Counted from the stretch's first letter, positions 30,547 to 40,603 are shown. The stretch: 64,000 bases of DNA from Bacteroidia bacterium (GCA_044344665.1 JBIJCO010000015.1:812-64811); one strand, 5' to 3'. Notes: generated from the letters alone by a model not told the origin. A program made the numbers and translations.

Positions 30547-31388
30547 TGATATTTAAAAGTACCTATAACGAATTATTAAAAATTGCTTATAAACCACGCA
30601 GCTATATTGGCATTGCCGGCATTATTCTTATAATCGCTATTATTCTGTTTGCGTTGAAAATGGATGGTAATTTTTATATTTCTTTAATTACCGGGCAGTT
30701 TGAGCAATCGTTGTTATTTGAGGGAACGATTTTAAATGGGAATTTAATAGCTTTTATTATTATTCAAATGCTAATTATACATGTTCCTTTATTAATTGCA
30801 TTTGTTACAGGAGATTTAATTTCAGGAGAGTCTGCAATGGGAACTATCAGGTTGTTATTAACTAAGCCTGTATCACGAAGTACAATTTTATTGTCAAAAT
30901 TTTTTGCCAGCTGTATATATACTTTAATTGTTATTTTATGTTTAGCTTTTATGTCTTTTGTTTTGGGTAAATTGTTTTTTGGCGTTGGCGATTTGATAGT
31001 TTTGAAGTCCGATGGCTTAATTGTTTTTCAGGAGAATGATGTTGATTGGAGATTTTTATATGGATTTACAATTGCTTTTCTTTCATTAGTAACAGTTGCC
31101 ACTCTGGCCTTAACATTATCTTGTTTTTCAGAAAACTCTATTGGACCAATTGTTACCACTATGGGTATTATTTTATTATTTACCATTATAGGTTCTATGG
31201 ATGTACCTATTTTTGATACTATTAGGCCATTTTTGTTTACAACCCATATGGCTGCTTGGCGTTATTTTTTTGATGATCCTTTAAACACAACTAATATATT
31301 ATATTCTGCGGCAATTTTGGTTTTACATATTGTCGTATTGTTATTAATTGCTTTTTATAAATTTACTAGAAAGGATATTTTATCTTAA
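30546..31388 (+). CDS. ABC transporter permease (ABC-2 type)
   Basis: Six hydrophobic helices, GDLISGESAMGTIRLLLTKPVSR...LSKF, FTRKDILS end; TAATG overlap with the ATPase. Confidence 0.9.
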   Translation: MIFKSTYNELLKIAYKPRSYIGIAGIILIIAIILFALKMDGNFYISLITGQFEQSLLFEGTILNGNLIAFIIIQMLIIHVPLLIAFVTGDLISGESAMGTIRLLLTKPVSRSTILLSKFFASCIYTLIVILCLAFMSFVLGKLFFGVGDLIVLKSDGLIVFQENDVDWRFLYGFTIAFLSLVTVATLALTLSCFSENSIGPIVTTMGIILLFTIIGSMDVPIFDTIRPFLFTTHMAAWRYFFDDPLNTTNILYSAAILVLHIVVLLLIAFYKFTRKDILS

Positions 31389-32080
31389 TGCACAACCATA
31401 AACCAATATTTTTTTCGTTAGTGATAATACTTTTAAGTGTTCATTTAATAGCACAAAATCCACGTTCTATATTAAACAACGTTCAATATCGATTAAGTAG
31501 GGCAAATAATTATAGTGCAGATATAACTATTAAAGTTGACTTACCCTATATTACCTTAAAGCCAATAAATTCTAAATTATATTTTAAACAAAAAGATAAA
31601 TTTAAAATTGATACTAAGCGTATTGCAATTTTGCCTAAACAAGGTTTTTTACAGTTTAATATGTTGATAAACGATACTGTAAATTATACTGCAATAATAC
31701 AGACAACCGAAATAATTAATAAAATAAAAACAAGTTTGATAAATTTAATTCCTAATAATGATACAAGTGATGTTGTTTTGGCAAAGTTATGGGTAGATGA
31801 AATTAATCAGGTTATAATTAAATCTCAAGTAACTACAAAATCAAGCGGGACTATTAAAACAGAATATACCTATGGCTCGCAAGTTTTATATGGACTGCCT
31901 GACGATATTAAATTTATAGTTGATGTTAAAAAGTTTAAAATACCCAAAGCTTTATCGGCTGATATAAATATATCAAAAACGGCTAAAGTTGAAAAAAAGG
32001 TCGGGATCATAAGTGTGAGTTTAAATAATTATACAATTAACAAAGGTGTTGACGATAAAATTTTTAATAATACAAAATAA
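31388..32080 (+). CDS. Periplasmic LolA-like/lipoprotein-sorting-type protein
   Basis: Signal peptide, beta-rich, KLWVD motif, ends NKGVDDKIF; coupled to the permease. Fold call is by resemblance only. Confidence 0.55.
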   Translation: MHNHKPIFFSLVIILLSVHLIAQNPRSILNNVQYRLSRANNYSADITIKVDLPYITLKPINSKLYFKQKDKFKIDTKRIAILPKQGFLQFNMLINDTVNYTAIIQTTEIINKIKTSLINLIPNNDTSDVVLAKLWVDEINQVIIKSQVTTKSSGTIKTEYTYGSQVLYGLPDDIKFIVDVKKFKIPKALSADINISKTAKVEKKVGIISVSLNNYTINKGVDDKIFNNTK

Positions 32081-32081
32081 T

Positions 32082-32795
32082 TTAAAATCTACTTCGTTTC
32101 CAGTCAATACTTATTTCAGAACCCTCTGCCAGCATAACAGAATTGGGAATTGCTGAATTTAGAACAGAAAAATTTTCACCGTAAAAAGACGTAAAATCAC
32201 AGTTTATTTTGTAATCTTTAATTTCATTTATAAGCCAGCTAGGGTGATTTACTTTATACTCTATGCTTTGAGTATTATTTAACCTGGTATAACCAAAATA
32301 GTGTTCAAAAATAAATTCTTCAATACTGTCATTTTTCATTTTTATGGCCTCTGAGTTAGCCATTACTTTTATGAAATTCCATTCTTTGTTAACTAACCAT
32401 TTATATTCAATTTCTTTATTACTATTGTCAATTTTCCAATTGTGTTTAGTTGCAATAGATGTATAATGTTCTTTATAGAGTTTATTTGCAACCCAGGCAA
32501 CAGTTTTATTTGGGACAGTTTCATTGATAAATACAACTCCGCGTTTAAATTCATTTCCTATTTTTCTTTTAACGTAAAAACGTAAATTAATTTCTTCAAA
32601 GGTTCCAAAAATCGGTATCGGTATTTTAAATAAACACGAATCTTTAAATAAAAATCCCACTAAGCTTATGTATGTTTTATCATTATAAAAATCTAAATCA
32701 ACACCTGTTGGTAAATAAGGTGCCAGGTAGGTTGGATCAATTTCATAATTTATCATTATTAAATTCTGCCATTTGGCTGTTAAAAATGTTTTCAT
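32082..32795 (-). CDS. DUF2071/YqjF family protein
   Basis: FLTAKWQNLIMINY, ISLVGFLF, FEEINLRFYV, GVVFINE, EHYFGY, HPSW, LAEGS. Confidence 0.88.
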   Translation of the reverse strand: MKTFLTAKWQNLIMINYEIDPTYLAPYLPTGVDLDFYNDKTYISLVGFLFKDSCLFKIPIPIFGTFEEINLRFYVKRKIGNEFKRGVVFINETVPNKTVAWVANKLYKEHYTSIATKHNWKIDNSNKEIEYKWLVNKEWNFIKVMANSEAIKMKNDSIEEFIFEHYFGYTRLNNTQSIEYKVNHPSWLINEIKDYKINCDFTSFYGENFSVLNSAIPNSVMLAEGSEISIDWKRSRF

Positions 32796-32908
32796 TTTAT
32801 TTTTTTAGCCCTCTTTTTGTATATTAAATTCAGAATTGTATTTACTATGTTTTGAGTTAAAACTGGCCGATTATTGTTTAATCCTATTTTGGGTCTTGTA
32901 ATTTTTAG

Positions 32909-34381
32909 TTATATGCGATTGGGATTATTAACATGTTTATTTAAAATTCGTTTTCCTTCTGTTTTTACGGCATCATTTTTTCTGAAACTCCAAACAATAC
33001 TACTTGCATTTTTTCTTGTCTCTTCTACATCAACAATAGGTAATGGATAATCTATTCCAATCCTGCAATTGTATAACTCTTGCTCAATGGCAGTTAGTTT
33101 ATGAGGTTCATGAATTAAATTTGAAGGAATGTTTTTTAATTCTGGAATCCACTGTTTAATAAACAATCCTTCGGGGTCATGTTCTTCCGAATTTTTTATT
33201 GGATTGTAAATTCGAATAGTGTTTATACCTGTTGTGCCACTTTGCATTTGTAATTGCGGATAGTGAATGCCTGGTTCGTAATCTAAAAATTGTTGAGCTA
33301 AAAAATGCAACTCTCGCCAGTCTTGCCAAAGATTAAAAACAAAAAAGGAAACTACCAAGGCCCGCATTCTAAAATTGATGTATCCTGTTTTAACCACACA
33401 TCGCATGCATGCATCTACAATAGGTATACCTGTTTTACCTGATTGCCATGCTTTAATATAATTATTGTTTTTAGGTTTTATTAATGTGTTGTATGCTCGG
33501 TTTATATTTTCAAATTCATATCTGCATTCGTCTTCAAACTTCTGAATAAAATGGCAATGCCAGTGTAAGCGGGAAACAAAGTTAGATAAGGCTCTTTTAT
33601 TTAGTGCGGTATTATAATTTTGGCGGGTATACTGATAAACCATACGCATACTTATGTTTCCGTAAGTTATATAAGGAGATAAGCGGCTACAACCTTTACG
33701 GCTTAATAATGGTTTACTAATGTGTTTACTGTAATTAACATGGCGCTCTTTTATAAAACCATTTAAGTATCGCCATGCAAAAGATTCACCTCCTTGCTGG
33801 AAATCTTTATGGTGAACAATAATGTCGTTGCTTAAATTCTGACCTTTAATTTGATTATAAATTTTCTCGTTTAATGTAAAGAGATTTAAATTTTCTTCAT
33901 CAATAAATTTAGGATGTTCGGTCATTTTTGTCTCCCATCGTTTTTCCCATTCTTGGCGCGATTTTAATCTGCGAATGATGCCGTTTGTTTGATACTCGTT
34001 CCAAGTAATATTGTTATTGGCGAATAAAATTTTCATGGCTTTATCGCGTTCATAGGTTAAATTATTTCCTATTTCTTCAGAAGAAAAAACGCTGTTAACG
34101 GCATATGATTTTATGAGGGTTTCAAAAACGGTTGCCGCTTCGTTATGAAACAAAAATAATTGAGCATTTATATGTTTTAATTTTTCATTCATTTCTTGCA
34201 GCGATTCATAAATAAAACGCCAATGTCTGGTATCGCTGTCAAGATAAGACATTACAGATGGTTCAAATATATATAGTAGTAGAATAGGAAGCCCGTTTTT
34301 TTGTGCAAAATAAAGAGGTTCGTGATCTGTAAATCGTAAATCGCGTTTAAACCAAACAATATTTATTTCTTGCTTTTGCAT
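32909..34381 (-). CDS. Deoxyribodipyrimidine photolyase/cryptochrome family protein (third family member; subclass not resolved)
   Basis: [81 protein letters not shown]. Confidence 0.9.
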   Translation of the reverse strand: MQKQEINIVWFKRDLRFTDHEPLYFAQKNGLPILLLYIFEPSVMSYLDSDTRHWRFIYESLQEMNEKLKHINAQLFLFHNEAATVFETLIKSYAVNSVFSSEEIGNNLTYERDKAMKILFANNNITWNEYQTNGIIRRLKSRQEWEKRWETKMTEHPKFIDEENLNLFTLNEKIYNQIKGQNLSNDIIVHHKDFQQGGESFAWRYLNGFIKERHVNYSKHISKPLLSRKGCSRLSPYITYGNISMRMVYQYTRQNYNTALNKRALSNFVSRLHWHCHFIQKFEDECRYEFENINRAYNTLIKPKNNNYIKAWQSGKTGIPIVDACMRCVVKTGYINFRMRALVVSFFVFNLWQDWRELHFLAQQFLDYEPGIHYPQLQMQSGTTGINTIRIYNPIKNSEEHDPEGLFIKQWIPELKNIPSNLIHEPHKLTAIEQELYNCRIGIDYPLPIVDVEETRKNASSIVWSFRKNDAVKTEGKRILNKHVNNPNRI

Positions 34382-34720
34382 TTTGATTTACAATTAATTT
34401 TTGCTTTTTATAGATCTAGACTATACCTTATTTTCTAACAAATTTGACTGTAATTTGTTTTCTTAGTTGGTTGTTTAATTTATTTACCTAATTAATTTAT
34501 GTTTAAAAGTTTTCGAAGGTTTTCAATATTGTCATTTTACATTAATTTTGGACATACCGTTTTACAATTTGATTGATTTTATAAGTAGATTAAGAAAGTT
34601 CATCGCATATTATTTTACGCATGCTTAAACTGTTATACAGAAAATGTTATATTTATTATTTCTAAATCATTGCAAAACAAATAACAATTAAAAAGTATTA
34701 ATAGGATAAACTAAAAATTA

Positions 34721-37700
34721 ATGGCTAAACGTTTTTGGAAAAAATTTATACTCTGGTTAATTGGTGTTCCTTTATTGATATTATCAATTGTTATTTCAAT
34801 TGTTTATATAAAGCAAGATGCTATCGTTCAGGAAATGCTAAAAACCGCCAACGAAGATTTTAAAGGGAAAATTGAAATAAAAGAAAGCCATATTTCACCA
34901 TTTGCAAATTTTCCATATATCTCTATTGATCTTGAGCAGCTTAACGTTTATGAGGATAAATCGGACACAGCAAAAGCTATTATTGATGTTAACGATCTTT
35001 ACATTGGGTTTGATTTATTTACCCTTCTCTCAGGTAAAATGGACATCAAACTTATAAAATTAAGTAATGGCAAAATACACATTGTACAAAATAAGAAAGG
35101 TGAATTTAATATTGTTGCAGCCTTTGCCACCCAAAAGCCTGTTGAAAATGCAGAAGAGGAGTTTCATCTTAACTTAAATTCAATTCAGCTTGAAAATATT
35201 GATATTACCAAAATCAATCAAGAGAATTTGATTACAATAGAACTTTTTATTAATAAAGCAAAATCACTATTTAAAACAAATAATGACCACCTCAGTGTAA
35301 AACTCGACTCTAAATTTGTAGTAAACATAATTAAAGATAGAGATACAACTTTTTTTAAACACAAACATGTAACATTTAAAACGGGACTTGATCTTGATAA
35401 AAAACAAAATAAGCTGGTTATTCAACCATCCGATTTTGATTTGGAGCATGCTTTGTTCGACTTCCAAGGAAGTATAGATTTTGAAAATGAAGTGAATCTT
35501 AATTTACTAGTTAGCGGTCATAAACCCAATTTTGATATTTTTATGGCTTTAGCACCTGAAGAACTTTTGCCTACTTTGAGCAAATATGATAACAGTGGTA
35601 AAATATATTTTGATGCGCGTATTAAAGGGCCTGTTGCAAACGGAAAAATGCCAAGGGTTGATGTAAAATTTAGATGTGAAAATGCTATGTTGCATAATAT
35701 AGAATCGGATAAAAAACTCGATAAGCTAAATTTTAAAGCCTTCTTTACAACTGGCGAATCGGGCAAACCCGAAACAATGAAATTTTCATTAACAGATTTC
35801 ACCTCAAGGCCTGAGGCGGGTATTTTTAGCGGCCATCTAATTGTTAAAAATTTTGCTGCCCCTGAAATTGATACCCGCATTGTATCTGACTTTGATCTTG
35901 ACTTTCTTTCTAAATTTTTAAATGTAAAAAATCTTAAGGATTTAAAAGGAAAGGTTAAACTCACTATGAATTTCAAAGATATAATTGATCTCAATCATCC
36001 AGAGAAAGCTATCGAAAAACTGAATGAGTCATATTTTACTGAATTAAAAGTAACAGATCTTGGTTTTAGCTCAAAGGATTTTCATTTGCCGATTACTAAA
36101 GTAAATATTAACGCTACAGTTGAGGGGCATATTGCTAAAATAAAACGATTCGATTTAAAGATTGGAAAATCTGATATTTCTATTGATGGCAGTATTAATG
36201 ATCTTCCTGCTATAATTCATCATACACAAGAAAAAATTATCGCCTCACTTAATATTCGATCAAACTTTTTGGATATAGAAGAACTTACTTCGGGAGATAA
36301 GAAAAAAAGCGCGCCCGTTGATGAGCAGGTAGAAAAACTAAGCTTAAAATTTACCTTTAAAAGTTCTGCCCGCGCATTTACCGAATCGCCTAATCTTCCT
36401 ATTGGAGAATTTTATATCGATGATCTTTATGCCAAGTTAAAACATTATCCACATTTACTTCATGATTTTCATGCAGATATTCTTATTGATTCATCCGATC
36501 TAAAGATTTTAGATTTTAAGGGAATGATTGACAAAAGTGATCTTCATTTAAATGGAAAATTGAACAACTATAACTTATGGTTTATGGATATTCCTAAAGG
36601 CGACACAAAAGTTGAGTTTGATCTAACTTCAGATTTACTAAAACTTGAAGATATTTTTTCTTATAAGGGAGAAAATTATGTGCCACAAGACTATAGACAT
36701 GAAGAGTTTAAATGGATGAAACTTCATGGTAATGCAGCACTGCATTATAACAGAGGATTACAATCAACCGATCTTTACTTAAGTCAATTTACGGCACAAA
36801 TGAAAATGCATAAATATAAGTTTGAGAAGTTTAAAGGTAATATCCATTTTGAAAATGAACATTTAATGATAAAAGAATTATCAGGTAAGCTAGGAAAAAG
36901 CTCTTTTAATATAGATCTTAATTATTATTTAGGAAAAGATAAGAGTATTAAAAAAAGAGATAATCATTTTGGCATAACCTCTAATCATTTGGATTTTGAT
37001 GAGCTATTTGCTTTTACTGAATCAACAACTACAAAAACAACAACGCCATCCGACCACGAAAAAGGTTTTAATATTTATGAGTTGCCGTTTACAGATATGA
37101 CATTTGATCTTAATATCGCTCATCTTAATTACCACCGTTACCTTATCAATAACATTAAAGGTAAGTTGCGAACCACCGAAAATCATTTTCTTTATATTGA
37201 CACACTTTCTTTATTAGCAGCAGAAGGAAAATTTAATATGAATGGCTATTTTAACGGTTCGGATAAAGATAAAATATACTTTAGTCCAAACTTAAAAATA
37301 GATAAAGTAGATCTTGATAAGCTTTTAATTAAATTCGAAAATTTTGGTCAGGACCATATGGTATCTGAAAATGTTCACGGAAAGTTAACAGGTGTTATTA
37401 CCGGAAAACTCAGAATGCATCGCGATCTAGTTCCAATAATTGATAAATCAGAATTGCACCTTGATATGGAAGTAACAGAAGGAAAGCTCGAAAAATATGC
37501 TCCTATTACCGCCATGGCGGATTATTTTAAAGATAAGAATGTTGCAAAGGTTTTATTTGACACTTTAAAAAATCATATTGATATGAATAAAGGAGTTATG
37601 TCTTTTCCGAAAATGACAATAAACTCAACACTTGGGTTTATAGAAGTATCAGGTATGCAAGACATGAATTTGAATATGGAATACTACATAAAAGTCCCTA

Positions 37701-37897
37701 TGAAACTTGTAACTGGAGTTGCTAAACAAAAACTATTTGGTTCAAATAAAGAACAAGAAATAGATCCGGAAAAAGAAGATGAGATTATTTACAAGGACGA
37801 ATCAAAAAAGATTCGATATGTAAATCTTAAGCTTACCGGTAATTCAGAAAATTTCAAAATTAGTTTGGCAAAAGAAGAAAAACAAAAAGAAAAATGA
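34721..37897 (+). CDS. AsmA-like protein
   Basis: 1058 aa, N-terminal membrane anchor, repetitive beta-rich body, AsmA-like C-terminal region (FDTLKNHIDMNKGVMSFPKMTINSTLG). Confidence 0.8.
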   Translation: MAKRFWKKFILWLIGVPLLILSIVISIVYIKQDAIVQEMLKTANEDFKGKIEIKESHISPFANFPYISIDLEQLNVYEDKSDTAKAIIDVNDLYIGFDLFTLLSGKMDIKLIKLSNGKIHIVQNKKGEFNIVAAFATQKPVENAEEEFHLNLNSIQLENIDITKINQENLITIELFINKAKSLFKTNNDHLSVKLDSKFVVNIIKDRDTTFFKHKHVTFKTGLDLDKKQNKLVIQPSDFDLEHALFDFQGSIDFENEVNLNLLVSGHKPNFDIFMALAPEELLPTLSKYDNSGKIYFDARIKGPVANGKMPRVDVKFRCENAMLHNIESDKKLDKLNFKAFFTTGESGKPETMKFSLTDFTSRPEAGIFSGHLIVKNFAAPEIDTRIVSDFDLDFLSKFLNVKNLKDLKGKVKLTMNFKDIIDLNHPEKAIEKLNESYFTELKVTDLGFSSKDFHLPITKVNINATVEGHIAKIKRFDLKIGKSDISIDGSINDLPAIIHHTQEKIIASLNIRSNFLDIEELTSGDKKKSAPVDEQVEKLSLKFTFKSSARAFTESPNLPIGEFYIDDLYAKLKHYPHLLHDFHADILIDSSDLKILDFKGMIDKSDLHLNGKLNNYNLWFMDIPKGDTKVEFDLTSDLLKLEDIFSYKGENYVPQDYRHEEFKWMKLHGNAALHYNRGLQSTDLYLSQFTAQMKMHKYKFEKFKGNIHFENEHLMIKELSGKLGKSSFNIDLNYYLGKDKSIKKRDNHFGITSNHLDFDELFAFTESTTTKTTTPSDHEKGFNIYELPFTDMTFDLNIAHLNYHRYLINNIKGKLRTTENHFLYIDTLSLLAAEGKFNMNGYFNGSDKDKIYFSPNLKIDKVDLDKLLIKFENFGQDHMVSENVHGKLTGVITGKLRMHRDLVPIIDKSELHLDMEVTEGKLEKYAPITAMADYFKDKNVAKVLFDTLKNHIDMNKGVMSFPKMTINSTLGFIEVSGMQDMNLNMEYYIKVPMKLVTGVAKQKLFGSNKEQEIDPEKEDEIIYKDESKKIRYVNLKLTGNSENFKISLAKEEKQKEK

Positions 37898-37920
37898 ATT
37901 TTCGTAAAGAATTAACAGTA

Positions 37921-37935
37921 CTACTTTCCGATACA
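37921..37935. repeat. att site, left copy (displaced duplicate of the mnmE 3' end)
   Basis: CTACTTTCCGATACA; minus strand reads TGT ATC GGA AAG TAG = C-I-G-K-stop. 13/15 identical to the right copy. Confidence 0.85.
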
Positions 37936-37996
37936 TAAAGTAACTAATTGACTTAAACATTTTATTTACAATGCTTTAAAAAAACAAAACACTTTT

Positions 37997-38018
37997 AAGG
38001 TACAAATAAGGTACAAAT
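37997..38018 (+). repeat. Tandem arm-type integrase-binding repeats, left end
   Basis: AAGGTACAAAT x2, 11-bp period, ~60 bp inside the left att core. Confidence 0.7.
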
Positions 38019-38076
38019 AAGAGTAAAAGTATTTTATTAAATGAGTTTTATCAATTTATTATTTATCAAAAATTAT

Positions 38077-38084
38077 TAGTTTTG
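38077..38084 (+). promoter_or_regulatory. Candidate -7 box for the cargo gene
   Basis: TAGTTTTG, 16 nt upstream of the ATG at 38101. Confidence 0.45.
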
Positions 38085-38100
38085 GTTTAAATATCAGATT

Positions 38101-38556
38101 ATGAAAAATAAATTATCGTTACTATTAATATTATTTGGCTTTTTATTTTTTTCAACAAATTCTATTAATGCACAAACAATAACTGAAAAACCCATTTATA
38201 AAGGAATTAATGGGCTTACAATTAGGGAATTAAAAAGTGGAGGTATCTATTTTAGCTACCAAAATCCTGAATATACAACAATAGTAGATATTGTTTCTTT
38301 TAATACTAGTTCGAAATTAAACGCTATTCAGCTTTTTGAAAAAGCAATAACCATTTTAGGAATGGAAAAAACAGATAAAGAACAACATATTATTGATAAT
38401 TTTGAAGGTGTTGAATTGGCTCGGTATGGGTTTTCACAAAAGCAAATTTCTTTATCAAATGGTAAAAATCGAGGTATTTATTTGACGTTAAAAGATTGTA
38501 ATAAAATAAAAGACGCTTTATCAGAATATCAATATATTCACCAATCTGATAATTAA
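38101..38556 (+). CDS. Hypothetical exported protein (element cargo)
   Basis: MKNKLSLLLILFGFLFFSTNSINAQ signal peptide; no family recognised; only element gene on the plus strand. Confidence 0.75.
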   Translation: MKNKLSLLLILFGFLFFSTNSINAQTITEKPIYKGINGLTIRELKSGGIYFSYQNPEYTTIVDIVSFNTSSKLNAIQLFEKAITILGMEKTDKEQHIIDNFEGVELARYGFSQKQISLSNGKNRGIYLTLKDCNKIKDALSEYQYIHQSDN

Positions 38557-38624
38557 AAACTTTTAAAGAAATTTCTTTGGTTGTTTTCGTTATTAAATAG
38601 TTTTGGGAATAAGAAACTTTATTT

Positions 38625-39320
38625 TCAAAATTTAAACTTATCAATTTCTAAAACTTCTGGCTGTGGTAAGGCTGTTTTTAAAATAGTTTCAATAGTATTC
38701 AGTTGTTCGGGGTTGAGGCGTTTTATTGTTTCCTGACTTAATACAGTCCCGTTTATTTGAATGTAGTTATTTTGGTTTTGTATCAAAGTATTTTTAGGGG
38801 CTTGCCCGTTATTCATAAAACCCATTACATTGAAATAAAGTTTGGCTGCTCCCGTGTCCCCATTTACGGCAAACTGAAATACCTTTGCCAAAACTTTAGA
38901 GGTCATAAACCTGAACTGTTCTATTTGTCCCAAATATTGAGGGGTGCTCGCATATTCCTTGAGGTGTTTATGTACTGTTTGTCGGCTCAACTCTGTTTTA
39001 TTAGCTATTTCCGTTTTGGTTGGCATACGTCCGTATTCCTTCATTAAAGTTGAAATTGCCCACGTTATTTGAATATGGTTACTTTCCCAAAGTTGGTTTT
39101 TAGTGGTGTCGCTTGTAATCGGTTCAATTTTTTTATAAAACTTATCCCTTTCTGTTCCTTTCAGCTTATTAAATCTTTCTGTAAGTATTTCCATTAAACG
39201 AGTGCTTTCTAATTCGCTTAATGGTTCTAGGTCGCTGGGTGTAATTTGTTCAAGTGAAAGTACTTTATTTATTTTAGTTTCGGTTTCTGTAAACTTTTGT
39301 AAACTCTTTTTGGTTATCAT
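38625..39320 (-). CDS. HTH protein, candidate small terminase subunit (TerS-like)
   Basis: HTH (PTKTEIANKTELSRQTVHKHL), then helical KVLAKVFQFAVNGDTGAAKLYF and a QNQNNYIQING tail, resembling phage small-terminase architecture. Starts 1 nt after the primase stop. CDS is secure; function is inferred. Confidence 0.5.
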   Translation of the reverse strand: MITKKSLQKFTETETKINKVLSLEQITPSDLEPLSELESTRLMEILTERFNKLKGTERDKFYKKIEPITSDTTKNQLWESNHIQITWAISTLMKEYGRMPTKTEIANKTELSRQTVHKHLKEYASTPQYLGQIEQFRFMTSKVLAKVFQFAVNGDTGAAKLYFNVMGFMNNGQAPKNTLIQNQNNYIQINGTVLSQETIKRLNPEQLNTIETILKTALPQPEVLEIDKFKF

Positions 39321-39321
39321 A

Positions 39322-40590
39322 TTAATTCAAATTTGTGGTTAATACTTGTTTCAATTTCTGTAATCGGTTGAGGTATGGTAAAAAGGTTCGTTTACCGTTG
39401 TTCGCTTTCAAGGTGGCAAGGTGGTTTTCAATGAATATGGAACAGTTAAATATTATTTCGGCTTGTTTGAGTTTCACGGGCTGGTTTGGTAATGTAATAC
39501 CTGTAAAATAGTTTTCAAGTTCGGTAATATCCTTTTCCCAGCTTTCAAGTTTTGGTTTTTCGGGTTTACTGAAATAGTAAACAGGTTCGGGTTGCTCAAA
39601 TGGTTTCACCTCAACCAATGGTCTAGCGTCTGGGGGTGTTTCGGTGGTTTCAGGTAGTGCAAACGCTTTGTAATCGTATTTTATTAAATAGTCGGCAAGG
39701 TCAAACCCTTGTTTCTTTTCGGCTTCGGTGGCTTTACGTTCCAGTAAATCGGAAACGGTAAAATTTGCAAGGTGTGAAAGTTCCTTTGCCTTGCTGTTCC
39801 ATTTATCAAACCCGTTGAGGTCGGGAAATAGCGTAATAGTTCGCCCTTTAAGTATACTGCACTTTTCAGCGTTTAGGTTAGTAAGACTGCCAACGGCAAC
39901 CCAAATAAACTGTGGTAAATAAACGCTGGCAATCACAGCCGTTTTTTCGCTTTCAACTATTGCAACGGGTTTTGTTTTATTAATTAGTAAGTGTTCACCA
40001 AACAAACATTGCCTTAACTCAAATTCAGGCTGTTTAATAGCTTTATGAACCCAGTTAATGTAATTGTATGGTTCTTTAACTCTTTTACCTGTGACGGGAC
40101 TGTAAAGCATTATTTTACCCGTTCTAACTTTACCCTGTGTATCTATTTGCCAAAATACCGTTGCCCCGTTCCAATACTTTGAGGCGGCAATAAAATAACG
40201 GCTTACTAGTTGGCTGGCAACCTCAACCTTGAATAGGTTAATAAGGAACTGTACAAAGCAGTTCGTTTCGTGTGCTTTCAGGCTGGCTTTAAATACCTCA
40301 ACGGGAATAAAAGAAACAGGCTTTGGTTGAGGTTTAACAGGTAGGGGCTTATAAGCTTTAGGTTGGGGTATATCAAATGAAATATTGTTATCCTGAAAAT
40401 ATTGTTTAGGGGTGTAATGGTTTCCACAATTACTTTCACGGTTGCACCTGCCAACGGTTGGGTGTATATGTTCGCCTGTTTCTTTATCAATGTAAAGTGA
40501 AAAGGTTTTATCCCTTTGCTGGCAAATGGGGCAACGGTAACGGGTATTTATTCCCTTGTATGGTTCTAATATGTATCTGTGTTCATTCAT
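39322..40590 (-). CDS. Toprim-type primase-like protein (DUF6371-like) with N-terminal zinc ribbon
   Basis: YRCPIC...GRCNRESNCG zinc-binding region; VFWQID...GKIMLY; LFGEHL; Toprim-like AIVESEKTA, LFPD, DLAD. Confidence 0.8.
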   Translation of the reverse strand: MNEHRYILEPYKGINTRYRCPICQQRDKTFSLYIDKETGEHIHPTVGRCNRESNCGNHYTPKQYFQDNNISFDIPQPKAYKPLPVKPQPKPVSFIPVEVFKASLKAHETNCFVQFLINLFKVEVASQLVSRYFIAASKYWNGATVFWQIDTQGKVRTGKIMLYSPVTGKRVKEPYNYINWVHKAIKQPEFELRQCLFGEHLLINKTKPVAIVESEKTAVIASVYLPQFIWVAVGSLTNLNAEKCSILKGRTITLFPDLNGFDKWNSKAKELSHLANFTVSDLLERKATEAEKKQGFDLADYLIKYDYKAFALPETTETPPDARPLVEVKPFEQPEPVYYFSKPEKPKLESWEKDITELENYFTGITLPNQPVKLKQAEIIFNCSIFIENHLATLKANNGKRTFLPYLNRLQKLKQVLTTNLN

Positions 40591-40603
40591 TTTTACCTCT
40601 TTA

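Noticed and set aside
35267-35994. Minus-strand ORFs (66 and 158 aa) within asmA
   Set aside because: Antisense shadows of a long, well-supported gene.
34721-37897. asmA-like gene as part of a larger island
   Set aside because: It lies outside the left att copy, and I saw no further att-like copy to its left.
37941-37953. IHF-like site TAACTAATTGACT beside the left att core
   Set aside because: Partial match only in very AT-rich DNA; cannot be distinguished from chance.
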